Shown piece by piece: positions 1 through 10,885 of a stretch of DNA of 64,000 bases (its first letter is position 1; every line of letters starts with the position of its first letter). A program made the position numbers and the translations under genes. The notes under the pieces were generated by a model. It saw only the letters and a list, made by a program, of their open reading frames with translations, was not told where the DNA came from and searched no databases. This DNA comes from Macrostomum lignano (taxonomy: Eukaryota): the NCBI GenBank assembly GCA_002269645.1, contig NIVC01001809.1:170754-234753 (forward strand). The letters run 5' to 3'.

Positions 1-487
1 AGAGAAGGTGCTGTGCAGAGACTTGACTCAGAGCTAAGCGGACCGTCGCTGCATAATTGTCTTCCAAATTATTCAATTGTTCCCACGGTGATCTATGTAT
101 GTTTTAATCTAGAAGTTTATAAGCAGGCTGAAATGATATGCAGTCAAGTGTGTGTGGTTTCAGTGCAATACTTGTACCTGGTCGAAGTTACAAACCTATA
201 CAGAAGACTTCTGTGATGGCCCCCGGTCGTATTATATATACTCAGCAACATCTAAAAGTCGCCACCACAGAAGATTTCGTCTGAACTTAGCTTCCGTCTT
301 CCCTGAGTGACTCAACTTAGCTACCCATGGAAGACTTGAGTCAAGGAATGAAGTGGGGAGCGGTGTGCAAGGGTTGGGCGGATTAAAGCTACCCCGATCA
401 GTTTTATCGTATCTTTTATTTGAGAATAGACCAAGAGAAGTCGCCAACTGCATGGCGCATAGAGTGGCGACTTTTGAATAGTGGATA

Positions 488-566
488 TAGTCCACTATTA
501 TAGTCCACTATTATAGTCCACTATTATAGTCCACTATTATAGTCCACTATAGTCCACTATAGTCCA
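488..566. repeat. Short tandem repeat, 13-bp unit TAGTCCACTATTA decaying to a 10-bp unit
   Basis: About 4 copies of tagtccactatta followed by tagtccacta copies, read directly. Confidence 0.85.
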
Positions 567-814
567 GTATATGTTGCTGAAGATATATTCCGGCCATTTT
601 GAGACTTGAGAAGTTTTTAAGATTTGTCTATTTCATGGCGTATATTAAGTCAAGCTTTGCCAATCGAATCTTTAAAAAACAATCAAATCACTGCATGGGA
701 TCGAACTGACGTACTGACGTACTACTGACAGATAAGGACAACGTACTAAGAAAGAAGTACATGTAGAATCTGAAAAAAACAGAGTAACCTGCCCCGATGT
801 TTGAGTATCCCCTG

Positions 815-2015
815 TGTAGTGTGAGCATCTTTTGCGATAGCCTTGTATTCTATTAGTTAGGTTTTTCATTATTGTTATTGAATTATTATTTTGCTTTAGT
901 TTAGTCATACGTTTTTGGTGTACTTTTTCCTTGTTAGTTAGAATCAATTTTGCGTAAACAGGTTAGAAGTTAGACGCCATTTGTGACTCAGCGGAGGGTT
1001 GAGTTTTTGTCTGCGAACCCCAGCTTTGCGCGGCCAGCCAATCAGAACCGGCCTGGACCCTGGCACGCGGCAAGTTCCAATTCTACCCGGCGCCGCGGGC
1101 ACAGTACAATTCGGCTTAAGCAAGCGGCCGGCCAGACGACCACCACCCGGCTTGAGGGGGTTTTGAGGGGTTGTGACTTTGACTATATATGAAAGTGTGT
1201 TTGGCAATCGGATCTCGCCTTCTCTCCTCGCCTTCTCTTTCCCCGGTTTTGTCTTGTCCAGCTTCCCGGCCGGTGGCCCGATTTTTCTCCTCTCTTGTTG
1301 GTTCGCGCTTTGAGGCGCCTGAATTCATCACCCCCGGTCCGTGTTTTTGTCCCCCGCCCAACCGCTTCAGTCTTGTAGCGTAACGATTCGGCATCCTTGT
1401 CTGACGTCGTCGCTATCAAGCGCGGTTTAGATAGAGACTGTCGGATCTGACCAAGTACGCGGCCTCGATCCCGAGGGCCTCAGTGTCACACTGAAGGGCA
1501 GTGCCGATAGAATTTAGTCGGTACTCCGTTGAACGGTCGATTCGGCAGGGCTCTCGTTTGAGTGTAGGTTCTGGCTTAGGCCAGGGGTTGGGAGTCTTTC
1601 TCCGTGGTCCTGTGTTCGGTGCCTCCTTCTTCTTCTTCAAGCTGAGATCCGCTTGTCAGTGCGTAATATAATCATTATTATTAATCGTTATTATTCGTTA
1701 TCATCAGTCTAATTATCTGCGCCGCGAATTTGCTTGAATCCTGTAGCCTGAATAATCAAATTAAATCGTCTAGCCATTATCAGCTTTATTCATATAGGAT
1801 TATCACTCTCTAAATCTTTCGGTTCGTGTTCACCTGTGTTCCTTCTTTTCTTGTACCGTACTGTGACTATTGGAGAAAGATTGGTAGGACTCGCTGACCG
1901 GCGATAGGCGATTAGGATCAATAGCTTTAAAATCTCTGACGCTCCAAGTAGGTTTGTCTAGGGCCTAAATAATTGCTCACCGTGCATGCTATTATCTAAT
2001 TGCCTATTTATCACA
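815..2015 (+). mobile_element. Solo LTR (about 1.2 kb, Gypsy-like), copy 1
   Basis: Starts TGTAGTG, ends TATCACA; 4-bp TSD CCTG at 811-814 and 2016-2019. Internal CCAAT and TATATA. Homologous end to end with 35869-37065. No internal coding region. Confidence 0.88.
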
Positions 2016-2515
2016 CCTGTAAAAATGTATCTCTTGTTGTAGTCATTGCTGCGAGTAAAGCGTGAGCCAAGTCAGGACCTTGGTAAATTTTTGTGTTATT
2101 CAATTCATTGGTTGTCTACGGGCTTGGAGCAATTTTTATTTGAGAAGCAAATGCGCGAAGCGAAGGTATCTTAAAATAAAAGACACCGCGCGCCACTCAA
2201 TTACTGCATTTCACTTCAAAGGTTTTTTACAAAGCTTACCGCGCTCCCTTCTCCTCGAAGTCTAAACGATGATACTTCAAAAACAAAAGCTGAAAATATT
2301 GTTCGCAAAGCAGATAGTATAGGTTGTCAAGTGGCCCCAAAAGCATTCTTACAAGTACGACTCCAGCTTGTTCAGTGCACAATTCATGAGATTATTTCTT
2401 TGTTCTACATTAAAGGCGTTGGTTATATAAGTACTGCATACCAGGTAGAAGAAAAGCTTCGATGAAGACTCTATACAAGCGCAGCATCATTTTCAGTGAA
2501 GCCGGAGCTAGAGTA

Positions 2516-2902
2516 ATGCTCACCAAAGCTACAATTCTTCTGTATCTCACAACAACTGCCGTCTGCAGCTGTGCTCCGAAGTCTCGGACAAAGTTTAAAA
2601 CCATTTTCAGTTGTCCGTCGGAAGTTGATTTTATCCATCTGAACAGAATCGATGGAGCTCAGGCCAGTGCTGCGTCTTGTATCTGGGCCTGCGCGGCTCG
2701 ACAGAGCTGCTATGTGGCATTCGTATCGAAGGACCTTGTGTGCTATTTGGGAAACGAGAAGAATATGTCCGAGTACTTCAATTCGCTTGGAGATCCCACG
2801 GCTGTGTGCAAGAGCTACGTAAAGGGTTCGGAGCCAATGGAGGGCTCATCATCAACAGGATCACGTGGCATGTTAGCCGTTCCCGTTTCCCCAGGGCTAT
2901 AA
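2516..2902 (+). CDS. Small secreted PAN/apple-like domain protein, paralogue of 4961-6058
   Basis: Signal-peptide-like MLTKATILLYLTTTAVCSCA. Cys pattern CPSE...SCIWACAARQSC...VCYLG...DPTAVCKSYVK matches the neighbour (CPSE...DCTVACVGSNLC...KCYHG...DPTDGCVTYVK). Upstream ATG at 2462 is possible; the 3' end may be spliced or truncated. Confidence 0.65.
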   Translation: MLTKATILLYLTTTAVCSCAPKSRTKFKTIFSCPSEVDFIHLNRIDGAQASAASCIWACAARQSCYVAFVSKDLVCYLGNEKNMSEYFNSLGDPTAVCKSYVKGSEPMEGSSSTGSRGMLAVPVSPGL

Positions 2903-4960
2903 CAAATTAATGCATTTCTGGGAGTCTTCAGATGGACGCTAAAATGTCGTATACGTGAAAGGTTTGCCTGAACTAGACTTGAATTGCGAGAGATGCGAAA
3001 AGTCAGCATGTACTATTTCAATGACAGCAATACGCTGACAGGTAAAATTATACAGAATTGTAGACTTAGGGAAACGATCTAAATACCAGTTTATTTATAA
3101 GCAATTATTGGAATATATTTCTTCTTCAGATTATATTATATTCAAGTCCAGTTCCATCCCAAAAGACGCTCAATTGGTTCTGCCCAATTCCGGATTTAGA
3201 TTCTTTTTTATAAAGTGAAACATTCTGTTATTCTGTCGGAACCTACGCTCGTGCTAAAGTAGCTTCACTACGATTGAAAAATATATATGGGACCTGTGTG
3301 TGCGCATATTCGATATGTCTTCGAGTCTTAAAAATCACATTGATTTGTTATGATAAGAACACAAATTTTGTTGACTACCGAGTATAGAGCTACTGTACGT
3401 AGTCGTGAGAATATTATGGGCACTCTTTGAGATCTGCTCTGAAGGTAAATAGTGCAATTAATTAAGATGAGCACAAGACGCACAGAGCTGACGCACGTTG
3501 AGATGCTTCTTCAGAAAGATTTGTTATATCACTTATTTAATCTAGTTAATAATTAAGTTGAGTTAATCAAAAATAGGCATCACTTGCATTACCATTGCAA
3601 ATAAAAAAGAGAAATGTACGCTCCTATTTCTTCGCTTTTGACAACGATCGAAGTAGGTTGTGAGGGTGTCGAATTCTGTCTGTCCGATACTTTATGGATT
3701 ATTCGAGCGTAACATTGACATTTGCGATTTTTCAATGTAATCTTAATTAATTAATTTGATCTATTCATATCTAATCTGATCAATACTTAATTTTGTTTTA
3801 ATTGTATCTTAAAGGTGAATTATTTTGAAGCGTAATTATTGTGTCTTTTAAACCATCTGCTCTGCTCTTCACTCGGGCGCTAGCATTGTCTTGTGACCAA
3901 CCACTCGCTGCGGTCTCTATACTGCAAAAACTCAATCTTTTACATGCTAGACTAAAGGCCCTTAATCGTATTATGCGTTAAATACTACGGAAGCCTGCCC
4001 CTTTCGATTGTAAGACGGCTGTCGATTAAATAAAAATAAATTATACATATTCTCAGCAAAAGCATATACTTCACAACTACTGCTCGCTTCGTCACAAGGT
4101 CATCGATGTAACTAGCGCAACAGCTTTCAACCAAAGCGCCGGGTGCTATTCATTTAAAAGACTTAGTTGATAAGAAAAAAACATTTACCCTGTTAGCTAA
4201 AGAATAGACAACAAAAGGAATCCAGTTTAAACAAAGAGAAGAATTTTCAAAGCAACAATCTAGTAAATCTCTTTCTATACTGACTTGAAACTGCAGCCGT
4301 AACACGAACACCAAGACAAGCTATTAAATACTCGTAACTTTGGAATTTGTACAAGTAAGTCATGGCGCTTGAGCAACACTGGAGCACACGATGCGTTGCG
4401 TTCTGAGGCCTGCCTTCGCGCATGCACCATAAAACTTTTTTACAATTGAAGCATTCTTACATGTAGCTCGATTGTATCAGTAAAAGTCTATCCTTGGTGG
4501 TGTCTTGGCTGTCCATCAAGAAAGCTGTCAATCAAAATTTTAAATCGGTAGGGTGGAAAAGCACCTAACAATCAGGGTTTTATGCGGTTTCTCTGCTCAT
4601 ATAACGAGCTGTTTTCGTGAAAGAAAATATGCAATAAATCTAAAAAGCTTTCTTCCATTCAAATATTCCAGACAATGTCTGAGTTACTTAAGACGCTTTT
4701 ATCTGTGCATTAAGCAGAAAACTCAAAATGCAAACTGACTAAATGACAGACAAGATCGGTGCAATTCAATGCCAGTCAAAGACAAAGAAGTGCTTCCAGA
4801 TGCCTTTAAATGGACGTAAATGTAATAGGTAAGAACCGTATTTAAACTACAGATATCAGACTACAGTCGGGGCCTCAATTTTGAGCATCGTTCTAACATC
4901 TTGCAAATCAAACAGACAATAACCGAAACAACAAATCATTTGCTTTGTCTGAAGTGGAAA

Positions 4961-6058
4961 ATGTATAATAAAGCTCGTTGGGGCTCCCACGCCATTTTGC
5001 TGACGCTACTGCTGCTGGCAACTCTCTGCTCCGCCAACCAGAAGACCTCGCTGCTCCGGCCTGTGCTCAAGTGCCCATCGGAGGCGAGCCTGGCCGCGCT
5101 GAGTCCCGTCGACTTCGCCCACGACTTGTTTGACTGCACCGTGGCCTGCGTTGGCTCCAACCTCTGCTCTGGTGTTCACTTCTCCAAAGTCAATGGCAAG
5201 TGTTACCATGGTAACAGTCTGCAGCTGAGTAGTCTGTGGGACCGAATCAGCACCGATCCAACTGACGGCTGCGTGACCTACGTGAAAAGCGATGACGACT
5301 CTACTAACTCTGCTTCAACCAAGACTGGAGCTCTGACGAGTCCAACAAGTGCTACGAATCTCACACATGTATCCGTGATCTCAGGTCTGAGCTCTGCTCT
5401 GGCCAACAAGCTGGTCATTTTGTTTGACTTCAGACAGGGCTACTCGAACCTCGCTAATCCAGCCAAGTACCCGGCCACTCCCCACGGCTCGGTCACTCGA
5501 GACAGCCAGGGCGCTCACTTTCCAGGAAACAAGGCGGATTTTATCGAGGTCGACACTGATAGTAACACGCTGGCTTCTGGCTACCTGGACCACTCGCACA
5601 ACTTCACCTTCTATGCGAGAGCGGTGCGGCAAACCTGGGGCCAGCAACACTATCATTACTTTCACGACTGTAACGGCAGTCAGCGTGGCGAGTTCTCCGA
5701 CCGCAACGGTCAGCTGTACGTCAGCCATTCCTTCTCTGAACAGAGCGCGCCGGGGGACCAGACTGAGACAGTTCAGTCGTTATCGAATGTCCTTCGCACC
5801 GACAACCAACCACAGGACGTTTCAGTTGCCGCCGTTTTTATTGGAATTCGATTTGCTAGATTTTATTTCAACGGCACGGCTATGGCTGGTGGAGCCGACA
5901 ATTACCTGGCGTTCGCTGGAGTTCCTCTGTGCTTGCGTCTCGGCTACAATCCGACCAGCACTAACGCTCTCAAGGGTCGCTTCGTGTGCTACGCTATAGC
6001 CAAAGCGGCTCTCAGGACTGACGAAATTGACGAGCTGAATCGTTATTGCGGGTACTGA
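4961..6058 (+). CDS. Secreted protein: signal peptide + PAN/apple-like domain + Ser/Thr linker + C-terminal beta-rich (LamG/ConA-like?) domain
   Basis: Uninterrupted 365-aa ORF from MYNKARW with hydrophobic core AILLTLLLLATLCSA, a Cys-rich N-domain and an S/T linker. C-terminal motifs LVILFDF, FTFYARA, ARFYFNG, LRLG, FVCYAIAKAALRTDEI resemble LamG-like folds (fold is inference). Confidence 0.8.
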   Translation: MYNKARWGSHAILLTLLLLATLCSANQKTSLLRPVLKCPSEASLAALSPVDFAHDLFDCTVACVGSNLCSGVHFSKVNGKCYHGNSLQLSSLWDRISTDPTDGCVTYVKSDDDSTNSASTKTGALTSPTSATNLTHVSVISGLSSALANKLVILFDFRQGYSNLANPAKYPATPHGSVTRDSQGAHFPGNKADFIEVDTDSNTLASGYLDHSHNFTFYARAVRQTWGQQHYHYFHDCNGSQRGEFSDRNGQLYVSHSFSEQSAPGDQTETVQSLSNVLRTDNQPQDVSVAAVFIGIRFARFYFNGTAMAGGADNYLAFAGVPLCLRLGYNPTSTNALKGRFVCYAIAKAALRTDEIDELNRYCGY

Positions 6059-6177
6059 TAATGAATCGGTTGCTAATATAAGCCACTTGTCATATGGTTG
6101 AACTTGGGAACACAGTGGTTATTATAGGGACAATTTCACCTAAGATGAGGCCTAACCTAAAAGACAGCTAGGGACAC

Positions 6178-6515
6178 CACCTAAAAGACAGTGACCCACC
6201 TAAAAGACAGTGACCCACCTAAAAGACAGTGACCCACCTAAAAGACAGTGACCCACCTAAAAGACAGTGACCCACCTAAAAGACAGTGACCCACCTAAAA
6301 GACAGTGACCCACCTAAAAGACAGTGACCCACCTAAAAGACAGTGACCCACCTAAAAGACAGAGACCCACCTAAAAGACAGTGACCCACCTAAAAGACAG
6401 TGACCCACCTAAAAGACAGTGACCCACCTAGAAGACAGTGACCCCACCTAAAAGACAGTGACCCCACCTAAAAGACAGTGACCCATCTAAAAGACAGTGA
6501 CCCACCTAAAAGACA
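6178..6515. repeat. Minisatellite, 19-bp unit CTAAAAGACAGTGACCCAC
   Basis: About 17 near-perfect copies just 3' of the PAN gene. Confidence 0.95.
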
Positions 6516-7494
6516 GCTGGGGATCCCACTTAAAAGACAGGCGCTCACCAGTTTAAAAAATTGATACAGAGTTTTGTTCGATACTGCTTCGATAGTGCTT
6601 GTAAGTGATCGAGTACTTTGTAAAGATTCAATACGCTTCTCCATGGATCCACCCAAAGTTATATACTTTTTGAAAATGAATAGGTCTGTGTTGGGTAAAG
6701 TTGCTGCCTTTTTGTAGGAACGTCATCTCCAATGTACGAGTATTTCTCTGTGTTTCATGACTGCCGAATTTATGTTTCTGCGTAGAAAAAGTGAGACGTG
6801 AACTAGCCCAAAAGAATACAGTATATCAGACACAACTATATAATTATTAGGTAATCATTATTTCCAACGATTCAAAAAAATGAAAACAGTTACATTCAGT
6901 ACCTTTGATGTTTATTTAATTGTTTCTAATTCCACTTATGAGTTAGCATAAAAATAATTATAGGGAGTTGAAATTATGCACTCGAAAACATAAATTTCAT
7001 TGATTGCGGAACTGGATATCCTTGAGCATTAATAAAAACTCGAATCCTGGTTTGACATCAGTAAAAACTATACCGTGAAGTGAAACTCAGATTCGGTCAA
7101 AGATTGAATTAAGTTTAGATTTTGACCTTAAATTGTGTGATTATCTGAGCACTAGAAATGGGGGAGCAGACCAGCGCATCGCTGTGGAACGTGTCTGACT
7201 CTGGCACCAACAGCACGTGGTCTAATTCCGTGTGCGGTCACATTCATTTTGGGCTTGTGTGTGCACAAAAAATTCACGCCAATGATGAGGGCCCAACCTT
7301 GTACAACAAGTTGTCGAAACGACGATATGTCACGGTACATTTCGCCAAAAAGTCTCCAGAGTCAACCAAGTATCACTTTGAAGCGTTTTAATGTAGCTGC
7401 TACTCTAAAACGACAAAAAGTGACTCTGGCGTGACTATAGAGACTATAGGACGATGGTATAAGCAACTCTGGGGCCGTAGTGTCGTATTTGAGG

Positions 7495-7830
7495 CGTGCT
7501 AAAGAGAAACAAGTTAACGCGGCGCATGCTGGCCTGCTGCGCGCTGCCTTCAAGATCGGCTACGAGCGAGTGACCTACGCAGCTTTGTATCACCGCACCG
7601 GCCTGGCCCGTCCAAGCGACCTGTTGCGCCGTCGGCGACTCCAGCTGGCAGGCCACATCATCCGTGCCGAGTCCTACTGCCCAGAGCCGGTGCAGGTGCT
7701 GCTGCTAACGCTGCAGGCACCCTAACTGCAGGGACAGGCACGCAATCGGCGTTTCGTCGACTGCCAGCCAGCTAGACGCCGGCGCCCCAGATCGGTCAGC
7801 GGCGTGGCGTTCATTCATGACCTGGCCTTG
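7495..7830 (+). mobile_element. 5'-truncated RTE-like non-LTR retrotransposon 3' fragment
   Basis: Translation VNAAHAGLLRAAFKIGYERVTYAALYHRTGLARPSDLLRRRRLQLAGHIIRAESYCPEPVQ contains the RRxRLxxAGHxxR motif typical of the post-RT C-terminus of RTE-clade ORFs; disrupted downstream. Confidence 0.7.
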
Positions 7831-8507
7831 ATCTTGTAGTAAAAAGTTGAGCGCCAACATAACGATTCTTGGAAGACTCTTTTACGAGACTTTTAAAACT
7901 TAGGAGTACGTGATGCGTTTGTGTTGCAGCAGTCGACCTACGCCGCATCAGATGCGCTTAAGTCGTTCAAAAGTCATAAAAGGGTCGCCCCCCAAAGTCG
8001 CTAGAGTCACTGGAGTTGTTTGCAACGACTTTTTTGCGATTCTAATTGTCACGGTGTCGTTTCCATCCGTTATTAAGATGGCCCAACTATATCAATAAAC
8101 TTACCCAGATGCTCCTTGTTTTTCCTTGTTTGAAACTTTTCAACCCCAAATGTCGGAAACGCAGTTTCAAAGCCGGTAAATTCTATGAATTTGACTATCG
8201 TATAAAATAGCATAAACACCTCGAGTGCATGCAGTATGCATCTCTGGACGTACTGTAAGAACGTACATGTAGTTTTGCTTTTTTACTTACAGAAGTATCT
8301 CAACATAGGAAAATGCATTTAGATATGCGTTTCATCAATCGTGATTTCCTATTTTTAGTCTGTTATTTTTACTGTTTGGGTCAGATGACAAATCGATAAT
8401 AATTTTGTGCTTTTAATTTTCAATGATTACCACCCTTTGTTCACTAATAACACTTGGTTTTGGTAATTAGTTATACTTTGCGTTTGAAATTAATTTTTTA
8501 TATTTTA

Positions 8508-8945
8508 ATCGGTTGTTGGTTGTCGATTATCGGTTGTTGGTTGTCGATTATCGGTTGTTGGTTGTCGATTATCGGTTGTTGGTTGTCGATTATCGGTTGT
8601 TGGTTGTCGATTATCGGTTGTTGGTTGTCGATTATCGGTTGTTGGTTGTCGATTATCGGTTGTTGGTTGTCGATTATCGGTTGTTGGTTGTCGATTATCG
8701 GTTGTTGGTTGTCGATTATCGGCTGTTGGTTGTCGATTATCGGTTGTTGGTTGTCGATTATCGGTTGTTGGTTGTCGATTATCGGTTGTTGGTTGTCGAT
8801 TATCGGTTGTTGGTTGTCGATTATCGGTTGTTGGTTGTCGATTATCGGCTGTTGGTTGTCGATTATCGGTTGTTGGTTGTCGATTATCGGTTGCTGGTTG
8901 TCGATTATCAGTTGTTGGTTGTCGATTATCGGTTGTTGGTTGTCG
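8508..8945. repeat. Minisatellite, 21-bp unit GGTTGTTGGTTGTCGATTATC
   Basis: About 21 copies; source of spurious ORFs 8454-9056, 8498-8989 and 8513-9022. Confidence 0.95.
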
Positions 8946-9723
8946 GCTATTGTTTGTCCGTTATCGGTTATATCGGTAAACAACTGCAAACATGCTTGCC
9001 TACCTTCTACCGAGTCAAATAAAAACAGAGAGCAAGTATCTGCATTTCAGTTTTAACGGCAGAGTTCCCGAATACGAGTAATTCTTTGAGAAGATCAGTG
9101 ACTAATCAAAGGCGCAATGCTTTGAAATTTATCTAGATAACTGTAACAATAAAACCGAAAAATAATTAGCCTTTATAACAATATATACAAACTCAATTTG
9201 AATTATACATGTGAAAGAGCGCGCAATTTTGGAAACAAATTTTAACTTGGACTGAATATTAATGCACGCCAAAAAGGTGCAGTTTGAATGTTGGAATCAT
9301 GAATGCAGGTCAACTTCATCAAATAAATAAATAAAGAAACAGTGTTTCAGAGCAGGGAAATACCTTAGCATCTACAGTGGTAAAAATAGACAACAAAGCA
9401 GATCAGGAAAAAAAGAAGTTAATTACGAAAAATGCTGCGAATAAAATCCGCGGAAAAAATATAAATAAATAATTATTAATATTTATAGCTCGTAACTTAA
9501 CTAACAAAAACAATTGGACAGATTATTAAATGTATTTTGATTAACAAATTTGCCACACAAATTTTACGATTATTATTACGTAGTTAAAACTTTGGTTCGC
9601 ACTGAACTACTCGAGCAGTAGAAATGTAAGCGAATCATATTAAAATTTAAGATATTCTATGAAATATGATGCAACCTTTTTAAAAATATATATTTTTGAT
9701 TTATTAAAATAACGACAGCGTTG

Positions 9724-9861
9724 TCAAACAAGTTCCCAGTCGGTGCACTCAGAGCCCGAAGATCTCATACGCGAGATGGTTCTCTGTGCTCCTGCTGTAC
9801 CTGGGAGCTGCGACGAAGATTGGGGAGACTGCGCGTGCGCCTCCTTGATGACGACTTGTTC
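9724..9861 (-). CDS. TECPR2: TECPR2-like, exon 8 (last): EQVVIKE...SECTDWELV*
   Basis: Phase-0 acceptor tctcag|GAA fits the exon 7 donor. Terminal WELV matches the acidic W-x-x-I/L/V LIR motif known at the TECPR2 C-terminus. Confidence 0.75.
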   Translation of the reverse strand, partial: EQVVIKEAHAQSPQSSSQLPGTAGAQRTISRMRSSGSECTDWELV

Positions 9862-9974
9862 CTGAGAGTGACATTCAGTTTGAAAGGGGGAAATGTTGGT
9901 AGCCATGTGGAAGTTGCAGACTGACCGTGTTTATTAACAGACACTAGATACCAAAATGTGGCCTGTGACCAACT

Positions 9975-10275
9975 GACAGAACAGTGACCCTGACCAACTG
10001 ACACTACAGGGAGTGACCAACTGACACTACAGGGAGTGACCAACTGACACTACAGGGATTGACCAACTGACACTACAGGGAGTGACCAACTGACACTACA
10101 GGGATTGACCAACTGACACTACAGGGAATGACCAAATGACACTACAAGGAGTGACCAACTGAGACTACAAGGAGTGACCAACTGACACTACAAGGAGTGA
10201 CCAACTGACACTACAAGGAGTGACCAACTGACACTACAGAGAGTGCCCAAACTGACACTACAAAGAGTGACCAAC
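9975..10275. repeat. Intron-7 minisatellite, 23-bp unit GTGACCAACTGACACTACAGGGA
   Basis: About 12-13 copies between TECPR2 exons 7 and 8. Confidence 0.95.
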
Positions 10276-10308
10276 AGAGCAACACCTGTACCAAGCCACA
10301 ATACGTAC

Positions 10309-10868
10309 CGTCATTCTCACTAATCGGCCCTCGCTATCAACGCAGATCACGTGACCACCGGAGGCGGCCGCCACTTCGACAATCCGCCGTCCATGGCACC
10401 CGATCGGTTTCCACTCGCCGCCAGCCGCCAGCGGGTCATCGCTGCGTGCGTACACCCGGCCAAGGCGACGGCACACGGCGAACACGCAGCCGTTGGACAC
10501 GGACAACTGGCGCATGTCCGGTCCAGGCACCGACACCCAGCGGTCCTTGACAGTGCGGGCCAGTACTCGACCGCGCGAGTCCCAAGCCCAGATGGCGCCG
10601 TCAGGTGTCCATGGACAGCCGGCAATTCCGGCTAAGCCGGTTGGCGCTGAAGCGACTTCGCTGCCAGCTTCGGCGCAGGAAGCGACGCTACTAACGACGC
10701 GAAACTCCGGACCCGCCAGCCAAAGGCCGCCGTCGCTGCCCAGGCCAAACAGTTTTCCAGCCGAACAGGCGATGCTGATGAAGCCGCTGCTGATTGATTT
10801 ATTACCTTTTTTATTGGGCCACTTGATTCGCTTCCAGCGGAGCCCGAACGGCTCGGAGTCGTTGATGC
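10309..10868 (-). CDS. TECPR2: TECPR2-like, exon 7 (TECPR/tectonin beta-propeller repeats)
   Basis: Acceptor ccgcag|GC (phase 1), donor ACG|gtacgt. Tectonin-like blades: GAIWAWDSRGRVLAR, RWVSVPGPDMRQLSVSNGCVFAV, GEWKPI, HVICVDSEG. Confidence 0.85.
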
Positions 10869-10885
10869 CTGCGGGTGGCAGCATT

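Noticed and set aside
8454-9056. Repetitive ORFs (IIGCWLS, DNQQPII, VVDYRLL)n
   Set aside because: Frames of a 21-bp repeat, open in several frames and on both strands.
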